Shown: positions 24,786-36,208 of the stretch, piece after piece
How the letters are laid out: each line of letters opens with the position of its first letter
How positions within the stretch are numbered: the first letter of the stretch is position 1
DNA from: an uncultured Flavobacteriales bacterium
GTDB lineage: Bacteria; Bacteroidota; Bacteroidia; Flavobacteriales_D; Sanyastnellaceae
Assembly: GCA_965661765.1 (NCBI GenBank)
Contig: CBFIFE010000008.1
Location: forward strand, 5,737 to 69,736
Length of the DNA: 64,000 nt
Direction of reading: 5' to 3'
Translations under genes and position numbers: made by a program
The notes under the pieces: generated by a model
Seen by the model: the letters and a program-made list of their open reading frames with translations, nothing else
Told to the model about the DNA's origin: nothing
The model's database searches: none

Positions 24786-24893
24786 TAGTTCCCTAGTCAC
24801 CTTAGTCCCCTTAGTCCCCCTAGTTCCCTAGTCCCCCTGGTTCCCTAGTCACCCTCGTCACCCTAGTCTCCCTAGTCTCCCTAGTCTCCCTGG
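24783..24893. repeat. C3-tract/CTAG 8-9-nt tandem array 1 (13 units)
   Basis: Units CCCTAGTYY / CCTTAGTCC / CCCTGGTTC / CCCTCGTCA. TAG at 24786, 24794, 24803, 24812, 24821, 24829, 24846, 24864, 24873 and 24882. The array ends directly at the icd stop (24894-24896). Confidence 0.9.
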
Positions 24894-27122
<2,229 letters not shown>

Positions 27123-28292
27123 TTAAGGCATCTTGCCGACCTGCCGGTTGCCGACAATGTGGGCTGCGACGTTGAAAAAGTTCTGGGCCGTATCGGCGTA
27201 GGGTTGTGCTGTGGGAATCTCAATGGTCAACTTGTGGGTTCCTGGAGGAAGCTGGCCCAAATCCACAAGCCGCGCCGGCACATCGCTGCCCGGGCACCAA
27301 CCCGATCGCGAATAGTCGCTGCTCGCGATCCGTTCTTCGATGCTGTCACCTCGCCACAGTGTCTTTTCCGTCCAAACCCCAGCGCTCGGGTTGAAGCGAC
27401 GGAAGCTCGCGCAGTCGTCTCGCCAGGGGGTGAACCGATCGATTTCTGCCTCGTTCAACAGCACAATGTGCTCGCACGGGGTGAATTCATCGCCGCTGCT
27501 GTGGCCACCATGTCCCGTCGTGGTCAGGTGGAGCGTGGCGTTTGCCAATGGTTCGGTGAGCGTGAATTCCGTGGAGACAGGGCCATCGGCGAAGGCGGTG
27601 AACTGGGTTTGGTCTGCGAACAACTTCGTCGTATTCATCACAGGAACAACCACTTTCGGCTGCTTTGTGTGCAGCTCTGCGGCCGTGGGGGTCCAATGCA
27701 ACGCAGCATCCACAACGTGGCCATGGCCGCTCCAAGTGTCGATGAACAGCCCGATGAAAAACGGGCCTTCCAGCACAGGCAGGAGCGAGGTCAAATCGGC
27801 TGTCCACTGCACCGAATCGGCCCATCGCGGGATGTACACTGGGCGGTACTCGTCTGCACGCGGGCCGTCCGAAAAATGCCCCACGCCGAATGGTGTGATG
27901 AACCTGAGCAATTCAATGGCCGGGGCGCTCGGGGCCAAACCCTGTTCGATGGCCGCCCGCGTGCCAGGATCGTCGGGCCAGGCGCACAGCAACCCCGATT
28001 TGTCCCATGGGTCCCCGGCTGACCGCAAGGTGACCTCGGCCGTGACCCGTGGCTGCTGTTGAAATTCGGGGCCTGAGACGCGCCGGATGAGCAGGCGACC
28101 GTTGTCCAGCCTTTGCCAACCCGCCATCTCCGTCAACAATGTGTCTGGCTGAAAGGCGACCGGCAAGCCATCGGCGATTTGCAGGCGGACGGGGGTGTCG
28201 GGGTTTGGCGAGGCGCAGCCGAGCAGGCCCCAAAAGATGCAACATCCGATCCAAGCAGCCGACGCGCGGCTTGTGAGTTTCAATTTGTTCAT
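27123..28292 (-). CDS. PNGase F-like (peptide-N-glycosidase F family) lipoprotein
   Basis: Lipobox LLGCASP. Matches to remembered PNGase F blocks: RFITPFGVG (RFITPY), TTTGHGGH (TTISGWGH), SRSGWCPGSDVPARLVDL (DRAGWCPGMAVPTRIDVL). ATG at 28292. Confidence 0.7.
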   Translation of the reverse strand: MNKLKLTSRASAAWIGCCIFWGLLGCASPNPDTPVRLQIADGLPVAFQPDTLLTEMAGWQRLDNGRLLIRRVSGPEFQQQPRVTAEVTLRSAGDPWDKSGLLCAWPDDPGTRAAIEQGLAPSAPAIELLRFITPFGVGHFSDGPRADEYRPVYIPRWADSVQWTADLTSLLPVLEGPFFIGLFIDTWSGHGHVVDAALHWTPTAAELHTKQPKVVVPVMNTTKLFADQTQFTAFADGPVSTEFTLTEPLANATLHLTTTGHGGHSSGDEFTPCEHIVLLNEAEIDRFTPWRDDCASFRRFNPSAGVWTEKTLWRGDSIEERIASSDYSRSGWCPGSDVPARLVDLGQLPPGTHKLTIEIPTAQPYADTAQNFFNVAAHIVGNRQVGKMP

Positions 28293-28362
28293 GGAAAATT
28301 TGACTGGGAGAAAGCACAAATTCGGCCTCCAAATTAGCTGCCTTTCGCTCTAAATTGTGGGC

Positions 28363-29643
28363 ATGAACCTGTCTACTTTTCAACGGCCTGCAATGATCCT
28401 GGCCTGTGCACTGGGCATGTCGCCCATGTCAAATCTCGCGCAAAATGATTGCGATGGTGAGCGTTACCGGTACACTTCGGCATTTCCGGATGTCAATGTG
28501 ATGTATGATGTGCCTTACGGGTCAAATATCAACGCCCTCGGACTGGAGGAGACGCTTGTGGCGGACATATATATGCCTGAAAACGATGCGGCGATGAATC
28601 GGGCGTTGGTGGTGGTGGCCCATGGTGGGTTTTTCCTCAGCGGGGCGAATGACGGTGAAGACGTTGTGTCCATCTGTGACGACCTCGCTCGAATGGGCTA
28701 TGTCGTCGCTTCCATCTCTTACCGCCTTGGGGTGGATGACCTCTTCGATTTGGAGACCTCGATGGTGGAGGCGGTTTGGCGAGGGGTGCATGATTCGCGC
28801 GCGGCGGTTCGATATTTCCGGAAGAGTGTGGCCGAGGATGGGAACCCCTACGGAATTGATTCTGAACGGATTCTGTTGGGCGGGGTGTCTGCGGGTGGAT
28901 TCATCGCCTTGCACCATGCCTATGTGGATGAAGAGGCGGAGATTCCCGAACAAATCGACGAGTCGGCACCGGGTCTTGGCGGGGGGCTTGAAGGAGAATC
29001 GGGCAACCCTGGATACAGCTCGGATGTCTTGGGCATTTTCAATGTCGCCGGCGCCATTCGCTCGGTGGAGTGGATCACGCCGGGCTCAGAGCCTGTGGTG
29101 TCTGTGCATGGCACGGAGGACAACACGGTACCCTATGGCACAGACGTGATCACACTGACCGCCATTCCCATCATTGAGGTCGATGGCTCCTCTGTGGTCC
29201 ACCAAGCTGCGGATGCCGCTGGCGTGGAAAATTGCCTCCACACCTTGGAAGGGCTGGACCATGTGGCCCACATCGGCAACGCGGACGCCTATGACGCCAC
29301 GTTGTCTGCGATCGCTGGTGGCATGTCGGGTTGGTTGTGTGCGGATTGGTCTGCCAGTTGTGACACCTACGATTACACCAGCGATGTCCCGGACTTTGCG
29401 GCATTGGCTGCTTGGAACCTGTACCCCAATCCGATGGCCGCAGGCGATGAACTCCGTTGGACGGGGCTGTCAGATGTGGCCACCCTCGACGTTGTGGACG
29501 CAGCAGGCAGATGCATCGACCGGGAGCTTGTGGCGGGCGCGCAATCGGTTGTGTTGTCCCTGAGCCCCGGTGCGTATTTCGTGACGGCGAAGGACAGGCA
29601 GGGCGAGGTGTTGGGCAGGCCTTTGCAGGTGATGGTGCGCTGA
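28363..29643 (+). CDS. T9SS type A cargo: alpha/beta hydrolase (carboxylesterase/lipase type)
   Basis: VVAHGGFF oxyanion motif, GGVSAGG nucleophile elbow, C-terminal LYPNPMAAGDEL...GAYFVTAKD sorting domain. Confidence 0.8.
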   Translation: MNLSTFQRPAMILACALGMSPMSNLAQNDCDGERYRYTSAFPDVNVMYDVPYGSNINALGLEETLVADIYMPENDAAMNRALVVVAHGGFFLSGANDGEDVVSICDDLARMGYVVASISYRLGVDDLFDLETSMVEAVWRGVHDSRAAVRYFRKSVAEDGNPYGIDSERILLGGVSAGGFIALHHAYVDEEAEIPEQIDESAPGLGGGLEGESGNPGYSSDVLGIFNVAGAIRSVEWITPGSEPVVSVHGTEDNTVPYGTDVITLTAIPIIEVDGSSVVHQAADAAGVENCLHTLEGLDHVAHIGNADAYDATLSAIAGGMSGWLCADWSASCDTYDYTSDVPDFAALAAWNLYPNPMAAGDELRWTGLSDVATLDVVDAAGRCIDRELVAGAQSVVLSLSPGAYFVTAKDRQGEVLGRPLQVMVR

Positions 29644-29656
29644 GTTTCGTTGCGCG

Positions 29657-30817
29657 CTACTTCAAGTGGAAAGGGCATTCCAGGGGATGAACCGAAGGTT
29701 GTGCATCCATTTCACCTGGGCCGATTTGGTAAAAAAAGTTGGTGTGTTGGGCGACTTCGTTGGTGTAAGTCCTGTGGAACTGTGGGGTTTGGGGCGAAGT
29801 CATCGGTGGATTGAGCCAAACCCAGTCGCCCGTCACTTCACGGCCCGCTCCGGCCTCGGCAAGACAGAACTTTTCGAAAGCTTCACCCAGTCCGTGGTGA
29901 TCGCCCAAGGTCACCCCGGCTTCGTCGAAACTGTGCAGGACAGCGCGGTTGAGTTCGACCATGGCCCGGTCTCGCCACAGCGTACGATCCGATGATGTGT
30001 CCAGGCCCAGTGCTTTCGCCACGGCAGGCAGCAGGTTGTACCGATCGCGGTCGGCGAGGTTGCGGGCGCCGATTTCAGTGCCCATATAATACCCATTGAA
30101 GGGGGCGCAAGGGTACACAATGCCCCCAATTTTCAGGGCCAATTCCGACAACAAGGGAATGGCGTACCACTTCCAACCCGCTTCAGCAATTGCCGGGCAT
30201 TCCGGGTGGCTGATGGCGACCTCTCGGAGCAACTCAGGGCGCTCGGCAAAGACATCCCTCGGCGGCAACGCTTGGCCATTCCAGTGCATGGACCAGGGCA
30301 GTGCGGTGAAATGAGTTTGGGTTTTAGGTTGCCAGCCCTCGGAGCGCATCTGCGCGGTGAAAGCAACGGAAGCGGGGTCACCGGTGCCATCGGCCCATCC
30401 TGCGTAACGGATGAGTTGGTGGTTCGCCAGCCTGACCTTGTCGGGCACACCGGGTCGGCGTGGGGCAAAAACAGTGATGAAACTCCGGATTTTTCCGCCG
30501 TTGAATGCCGCCGAAATGTGTTCGGTCAAGGCCGAGAGGACGTCATCGGGGTGATCCACGGTTCGGGCATCGCGCACTTGAAGCGATCGCCAAACATGCC
30601 GTCCCACACAACGGTTGCTGTTTCGCCAGGCCAGTTTTGCCCCGTATGTCAGTTCTTCGGAGGTGTGGGTGTAAGTGCCCGTTGCTTTGATTTCTGATTC
30701 CACTTCGCGGAGTCGGGCGTCCAAGTTGGAAGCATTCGACAGGGGAGAGGCGCCACGCGGGTCTTCGGCCCAGGTTTGGAAAAACAAACGGGCATCGTTC
30801 AGAAGTACGCTATCCAT
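29657..30817 (-). CDS. nos: Nitric-oxide synthase, oxygenase domain only (bacterial NOS)
   Basis: Collinear with B. subtilis NOS as I remember it: AKLAWRNSNRCVGRHVW (heme Cys), NHQLIRYAGW, APFNGYYMGTEIGARNLADRDRYN, VELNRAVLHSF, TGDWVWLNPPMSP. ATG at 30817. Confidence 0.9.
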   Translation of the reverse strand: MDSVLLNDARLFFQTWAEDPRGASPLSNASNLDARLREVESEIKATGTYTHTSEELTYGAKLAWRNSNRCVGRHVWRSLQVRDARTVDHPDDVLSALTEHISAAFNGGKIRSFITVFAPRRPGVPDKVRLANHQLIRYAGWADGTGDPASVAFTAQMRSEGWQPKTQTHFTALPWSMHWNGQALPPRDVFAERPELLREVAISHPECPAIAEAGWKWYAIPLLSELALKIGGIVYPCAPFNGYYMGTEIGARNLADRDRYNLLPAVAKALGLDTSSDRTLWRDRAMVELNRAVLHSFDEAGVTLGDHHGLGEAFEKFCLAEAGAGREVTGDWVWLNPPMTSPQTPQFHRTYTNEVAQHTNFFYQIGPGEMDAQPSVHPLECPFHLK

Positions 30818-30851
30818 GAAGCCCAAATTACGTCAACGCATTGCGTGTTCG

Positions 30852-33800
30852 TCAACGGGTCAATACGACAGCTCCCGTTTTCTCCATTCGCCGTCCGTCG
30901 AGGAGCCTCAGTTGAAGGGAGTAAGCGTAGACGCCATCTTCGGCGAAATGCGCGCCGCCACTGATGTCGCCCACCCAAGGTTCCCCAGGGACCGTGGATT
31001 CAAAAACAATGTGTCCCCATCGATCGAGGACCACACAGCGGTAATCCAAAACTTCTGATGCGGTGAATCCGAATGGGCGCACAATCCAGGCATCGTTCAA
31101 TCCGTCGTTGTCAGGTGTGAATGCGCTCGGGGCAAAAAAGTCAACCGGCTCGACAAATGGAATGCTCCTGCAAGTGGTGGCCGAACAACCTGTGCTGTCT
31201 GTGACCGTGAGGCAAACCGTGGCGGGTTCGACTGGCGCAAGGAGAAGGTTGATGTTTGCCGAGGGGGCGTCTTGGCCCATGCCGTCGTCCCCTTGAAAAT
31301 GCCAATCCCAATCCACCAAGGCTGAATCTGCCGCGTCATAGACGGAGGTGGCAACGATCCAGGGCGCAAAGCGAGAGGGGTCGGGCGGGCTGACTTGGAA
31401 ACCCGACGAGGGCGAGGGTGCGCCACAAACGATCACCGCGTCGCTGGAAGCGGTGCATCCTGCCGAGGAGGTGACGGTTCGCGACAATTCCCCACAGCCA
31501 GCCTGGTACATGGTGAACACAGCGTTGTCCGAGGTGCCTTCGGTCGCGACACCGCCATTGGCATCCGTGAAACTCCAGAGGCTGCTGCCTTCACCAGCCA
31601 CCGTTGCTGTGCCCTCCACCACAAAAGGCACACACCCGGACAAGGGTGTCGCGTCAAATCCTGGGTCAGGCAAGGGATGGACGGTCAGGGTCTGGGTTGT
31701 TGTCGAACCACAGAAACCAGGCAAGGTGTGAGAAACCTCAAATTCGCCTGCGACAATCGGGTTGAAACCGCCGCTGGCTGAAACCCCAGGTCCTGAGAAC
31801 TCACCTCCACCGGTAACGGGCAGGAGGGCCACTGGCAACGCATTGATGCAGAAATCAGATGCAGGAGAAAAGCCAGACGACGGGTTCGCGGTGACTTCGA
31901 AGGTGGCGTTGGCTGTAGCCGGACAATCGCCGAAGGTGTCGTAGGCGATGTACCAGGTGCCTTCTCCCGCAACAGCGGGCAAAAATGCATCGCCATCGAT
32001 ACAACCTGCGCAGCCTGGGGCACTCCACTGGCCACCACCCAACGCTGCGACCAAATCCACCGAAGGGGTGCCCACACAAGCCGGTTCTGGCAGAACAATG
32101 CCGGGGTCGGGTGTCAACAAAATGTCAAAGCTCACTGTCATGCTGGCCGGGCAGACGCCGGTTCCGTTGTAGGTGACTTCCACCGGACCTTCCCCCGCAG
32201 CAGCGGGGTCGAAAAGCCCAGTGCTGGGGTTGATGCAAAACGTGCATGAAGCGTCCCAGTTTCCCGGTCCGATGTAGCTTGTGCTCAGCTCAAACGGATC
32301 GCCGAGGGTGCAGAGGAATTCGGGCACGCCCAGCACCAAGTCTTGCGGCTGTACCACGACCATCCACAACGAATCCGGCATGACCTCGCAACCATCGGCA
32401 TCGCCTTGGAGCACCCACCAGCCCGCTTCGTTCAACCCCAAATCTTGCCAAGCATCTCCAGGTCCGATGCCCAAGTTGTTCCCTTCAATGTGCCAAAACA
32501 AGCCACCGCTGGCGACGTTGCCCAGGGGCAAATCCACGGCGTCGCCCGCACACGCCGTGATCTCATCGGTGCCGAGGTCGATGGTCGCCGTGGGGACCAC
32601 ATTGATGCTGAGGACTGCCGGGGATGATCCACAACCGTCTGTGTAGGCGGAGACGCTCCAGTCGCCATTGAACGCGGGGTCAGCCGACGGCCAGTCCAGG
32701 TCTTGCGACACTGTGGCATTGCCATTGGGGGCCATCCAAACGACCGAATCGGCGGTCGCAGGTGCGCCACTGCTGAGCACCACAGCCGCCCCTTCGCAAA
32801 TCGGGGCGTCCACCGTCGGGGTCAAAGCAGGAGGTCCCGCGGCCACCTCCAGAATGAAGGTGTCGGGCTCGATTTCGCAGCCATCGGCCGTGACGCCACT
32901 CAAAATGTACATGCCAGCGTCGGCCGTGCTCACTGGGGCGAACGTCAAGGTGTCCGTCACGCTGTAGGGTGCGTCGTTGAAGGTCCAGTTGTAGGTGGCG
33001 TTGGGAATGGGCGCGGGCTGGATTTGGACTGATTCTCCAGCACATACATCGTCGTCGGAGATGGCCAAATCAAAAGTCGGCTTGGCGAAATCCGAGAAAT
33101 ACCCGAACCTCGCATAGCTTCCACCTGTCCCCATCATCAGTCCCAAGTGGAAGGCGCCGGAAGGGTTGATGACCTGCGTGGCGGCCCCCGTTCCGACAAA
33201 CCCGGGGTTGACGAGTTGCGCAAACAGCCAGTCCCCGCCTGTGGCAGGGACGACAGCAAAGTCTGCGGCCTGGAGCAAATTCGGGTTGCCGTTGATCGTG
33301 AAATCCCCTTCGGTGCCTGCCGGCGTCAGCACGTTCATGCGGAAGTTGTCCGTGGTGGACCGCACGAAGACGACCTCTCCCGACCCTGTGCATTCGAGCG
33401 CGGGCAGCAACCCGCCGCCCACCTCGCAGCCGAACCCCGTCACCTGAAAGATGAGAACGGGCTCGGTTGTGGCGATGTGCAATGTGGGGGTGGTCAATTG
33501 CAACGAAAGGGTTTCTCCTGCATTGAGGTTGCCCAGCAAGGGCGTGCCGTTTTGGGTGATGCCCGTTCCGTCCGTCGTGGCGAGAATGAAGATGCGCTCG
33601 TTGGTCGCCAACGCACCCCGCTGCGCGATGAATTCCACCCCAGCTTCTGTGATGGGGGTGATTTGGTCGCCAATCAGGTCGAAGCAGAGTTGGTTGTTCG
33701 CGAACTGTTCCGCCGAATCATCGGCGATGGTGATGGCGATCGGTGCTGAACTGGTCACAGACGTCCCAGCCGGGTGCGCCGGTCCGGTGAGGCCAGCGGC

Positions 33801-34475
33801 GCGGCAGCCATAGGTTTGGCCTGCATTCAACACCACATCAAAAGCCACGCCGGCGGGATGCCCGATCAAATCTTCTGTCGGCACAATGGTCACCACGGTG
33901 TTGTCCTCCGTGGCCACAATGTCGAAACTCGCGGGCGCCTCCGGGAAATGATTCGTGAGTTGCGTTTGAAAAGGCAGCAGAAATTCGGTGCCCAAGGCGT
34001 TGCTGCCCTTCAAGACAAACAAATCTGCATTCAAATCGTTGTCAATTTCGTAATAGCAGGAGATGTCAGATGTGCTTGTGATGTGAATGCCTTTTTGCAA
34101 TACCAAATTCGCCGGTCGGTTTTCCACGTCCTCCATGTAGGGGGTCATGTTCAAACTCACCGCCGCGTTTGCACCGATGTTCACCACCAGTGGCGCAAAG
34201 GCGGGGTTTGCGGGCATCTCGAGGGTGACGGTGGCCGGGGCATCGCTCGTGCTGAACCGGAACATGATGGGTTCGTCCCCGTGGTTTGCCCACACTTCTG
34301 GCGCCACAAACCAAAACTCAGTGTCAAGCTGCGCCCGCAATTCCCCCGAGACCCACCCGAGAAGCGACGCGCCAAGGCAAACGAGCCGCACCAGAAGGTG
34401 CCGTCGCGTCGCTCCGAGCGAGTTGTTGAAAACTCGGTTTTTTGTGACAAATGAGGTCAATATTTGGTCAAACAT
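30852..34475 (-). CDS. T9SS type B cargo: giant adhesin-like protein (IgGFc-binding-protein-like N-domain, Ig/PKD-like repeats, gliding-motility CTD)
   Basis: N-terminal LDTEFWFVAPEVWANHGDEPIMFRFST... C-terminal FFAPSAFTPDNDGLNDAW...VVLDRWGHIVFES...GVYAYSLQL. ATG at 34475 chosen because the upstream ORF part overlaps the divergent WYL gene. Confidence 0.85.
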   Translation of the reverse strand: MFDQILTSFVTKNRVFNNSLGATRRHLLVRLVCLGASLLGWVSGELRAQLDTEFWFVAPEVWANHGDEPIMFRFSTSDAPATVTLEMPANPAFAPLVVNIGANAAVSLNMTPYMEDVENRPANLVLQKGIHITSTSDISCYYEIDNDLNADLFVLKGSNALGTEFLLPFQTQLTNHFPEAPASFDIVATEDNTVVTIVPTEDLIGHPAGVAFDVVLNAGQTYGCRAAGLTGPAHPAGTSVTSSAPIAITIADDSAEQFANNQLCFDLIGDQITPITEAGVEFIAQRGALATNERIFILATTDGTGITQNGTPLLGNLNAGETLSLQLTTPTLHIATTEPVLIFQVTGFGCEVGGGLLPALECTGSGEVVFVRSTTDNFRMNVLTPAGTEGDFTINGNPNLLQAADFAVVPATGGDWLFAQLVNPGFVGTGAATQVINPSGAFHLGLMMGTGGSYARFGYFSDFAKPTFDLAISDDDVCAGESVQIQPAPIPNATYNWTFNDAPYSVTDTLTFAPVSTADAGMYILSGVTADGCEIEPDTFILEVAAGPPALTPTVDAPICEGAAVVLSSGAPATADSVVWMAPNGNATVSQDLDWPSADPAFNGDWSVSAYTDGCGSSPAVLSINVVPTATIDLGTDEITACAGDAVDLPLGNVASGGLFWHIEGNNLGIGPGDAWQDLGLNEAGWWVLQGDADGCEVMPDSLWMVVVQPQDLVLGVPEFLCTLGDPFELSTSYIGPGNWDASCTFCINPSTGLFDPAAAGEGPVEVTYNGTGVCPASMTVSFDILLTPDPGIVLPEPACVGTPSVDLVAALGGGQWSAPGCAGCIDGDAFLPAVAGEGTWYIAYDTFGDCPATANATFEVTANPSSGFSPASDFCINALPVALLPVTGGGEFSGPGVSASGGFNPIVAGEFEVSHTLPGFCGSTTTQTLTVHPLPDPGFDATPLSGCVPFVVEGTATVAGEGSSLWSFTDANGGVATEGTSDNAVFTMYQAGCGELSRTVTSSAGCTASSDAVIVCGAPSPSSGFQVSPPDPSRFAPWIVATSVYDAADSALVDWDWHFQGDDGMGQDAPSANINLLLAPVEPATVCLTVTDSTGCSATTCRSIPFVEPVDFFAPSAFTPDNDGLNDAWIVRPFGFTASEVLDYRCVVLDRWGHIVFESTVPGEPWVGDISGGAHFAEDGVYAYSLQLRLLDGRRMEKTGAVVLTR

Positions 34476-34508
34476 CAAAAAATGCTTTCGTTTGCGTTCC
34501 GTCAAGTC

Positions 34509-35426
34509 ATGGAGTTCAACCAAAACAGAATTCACAGGATATTCCAGCTCATCCGGCTGATGAAAGTCCCGCCCTTTCGGACGAAAGAACAACTCGGGGA
34601 GTCAGTGGGTTGCACGGTTCGGTCCATTTACCGATATATTCACTTGCTGGAAGACCTTGGATTCGTTGTCAAGGATGACCTCGAAGGACGGCTGTGGTTG
34701 GAAGGAGGCGATGTGCACGGTGGTTTGACACCGAACGAAATTGAATTCGTTGTTCAAATTCTGACAGCCTCTGCCCCCAACCACGCCCTGGCGACAAGCA
34801 TTGTTCGCAAGTTAAGCGCTGAAGAGCAAACCGACACCACGTCTGAGTCGATTGCGGAAGCCAGCCACATGCGTGTGTTGGAGCAATGCACAGCTGCGAT
34901 CGAGAATCGCCTGCAATTGGTCCTTGTGGGCTATGCATCTGCCCATTCCGGATCCATTCGGGACCGGTTGGTGGAGCCCGTGAGTTTCGTTCACAATTAC
35001 CAGAGCTTGAGCGCTTTTGAAGTGATTTCAGGCCAAATGAAGCTCTTCAAACTCCACCGCGTCGCAGATGCTGTGATGACCACCCAGCCTTTCGAACACG
35101 AGAACGCCCACCTTCAAATGCAGACGGATTGTTTCGGGTTTGCTTGGCGAGCGGATCAGCCCGCCCGGTTCATTGAGATGCACCTTTCCCTGCGCGCAGG
35201 GCTCGTGCTTCAAGAGGAACATCCACGAACCAAGGACTACATTTCGCCATCCTCAGATGCGGAGGGGTTCGACATTCGCGTGCCGGTCGCCGATTACCGC
35301 GCCCCGGGCCGATTTGTCAAGGGCTGGGGGGCAGCCGATGCCGTGGCCAGAGGCGATGAAGGATTCCTCGCTTTTTTGGCCTCAACCCCCGCTGACGACA
35401 GTCTCCCGACCGCCTTGGATTCTTGA
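34509..35426 (+). CDS. YafY-like HTH + WYL domain transcriptional regulator
   Basis: RIHRIFQLIRLMKVPPFRTKEQLGESVGCTVRSIYRYIHLLEDLGFVV (HTH_11-type), then a WYL-like segment RLVEPVSFVHNYQSLSAFEVISGQMKLFKLHRV. Confidence 0.8.
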   Translation: MEFNQNRIHRIFQLIRLMKVPPFRTKEQLGESVGCTVRSIYRYIHLLEDLGFVVKDDLEGRLWLEGGDVHGGLTPNEIEFVVQILTASAPNHALATSIVRKLSAEEQTDTTSESIAEASHMRVLEQCTAAIENRLQLVLVGYASAHSGSIRDRLVEPVSFVHNYQSLSAFEVISGQMKLFKLHRVADAVMTTQPFEHENAHLQMQTDCFGFAWRADQPARFIEMHLSLRAGLVLQEEHPRTKDYISPSSDAEGFDIRVPVADYRAPGRFVKGWGAADAVARGDEGFLAFLASTPADDSLPTALDS

Positions 35427-35440
35427 GGTAGATTTGGCGC

Positions 35441-36208
35441 ATGACCCAGTCCGTTTTTTCCGCCTCGGCCCTTTTGTGGGCTGGCAGCCATTTGATGGGG
35501 TGCGCAACGGCCGAAGCCCCTCCGCCACCCTTGGCGTCTGAGGGGACAACACCTGCCCCTCACACCCCTGAATCTGCGTTGCCTCGCGACACCCTGTACG
35601 AGGGGATCGGCGTGGACATTTCCCACCACCAAGACACAGTGGATTGGCCCCTCCTCGCCGGCGCGACGGATTTTGCCTTCGTTAAAGCCTCCGGTGGATT
35701 GGACTACACAGACCCGATGTTCCCCCACAACTGGCGGGCCTCCGCGGCATCTGGTCTGCCACGCGGTGCTTACCATTTCTTCTACACAAACGACGATCCC
35801 GTACAACAGGCCATCTGGTTCCTTTCCCACCTCTCCAGCGATGATTGGGGGGACCTGCCGCCCGTTTTGGACATCGAAAGCCACAGTTTGCAGTCCGATT
35901 TGACACCAGAAGATTTGGATGGCCAAATCCTGCGTTGGCTGCGCCGTGTCGAGGCAGTCACAGGTCAGCGGCCGATCATCTACACGGGGGCAAATTTTGC
36001 CGCCCAATACCTCACCGATACATTGCTTCAGCGCTACCCGCTGTGGTTGGCGCAATATGAAGTGGACACCCCGCGTGTGCCGGAGATTTGGGCACAGAAC
36101 GGTTGGACGTTTTGGCAGTTCTCTTCAAATGACTCCCTTCCTGGCGTCCGAACGCAGGTCGACCACAGCCGCTACCGGGCCAGCCCCACCTTGACCATCG
36201 TGCACTGA
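35441..36208 (+). CDS. GH25 family lysozyme (muramidase), lipoprotein
   Basis: GIGVDISHHQDTVDW, FAFVKASGG.DYTDP.F, RGAYHFF, PPVLDIE, PLWLAQYE, WTFWQFS. Lipobox-like HLMGC. Confidence 0.85.
   Translation: MTQSVFSASALLWAGSHLMGCATAEAPPPPLASEGTTPAPHTPESALPRDTLYEGIGVDISHHQDTVDWPLLAGATDFAFVKASGGLDYTDPMFPHNWRASAASGLPRGAYHFFYTNDDPVQQAIWFLSHLSSDDWGDLPPVLDIESHSLQSDLTPEDLDGQILRWLRRVEAVTGQRPIIYTGANFAAQYLTDTLLQRYPLWLAQYEVDTPRVPEIWAQNGWTFWQFSSNDSLPGVRTQVDHSRYRASPTLTIVH

Noticed and set aside
24783-24893. Possibility that the four short-period arrays are CRISPR arrays or a coding collagen-like repeat
   Set aside because: The period is 8-9 nt with no unique spacers and no cas genes, so they are not CRISPR. 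The TAG stops recur in one frame on each strand, and no start codon or flanking coding signal supports translation.
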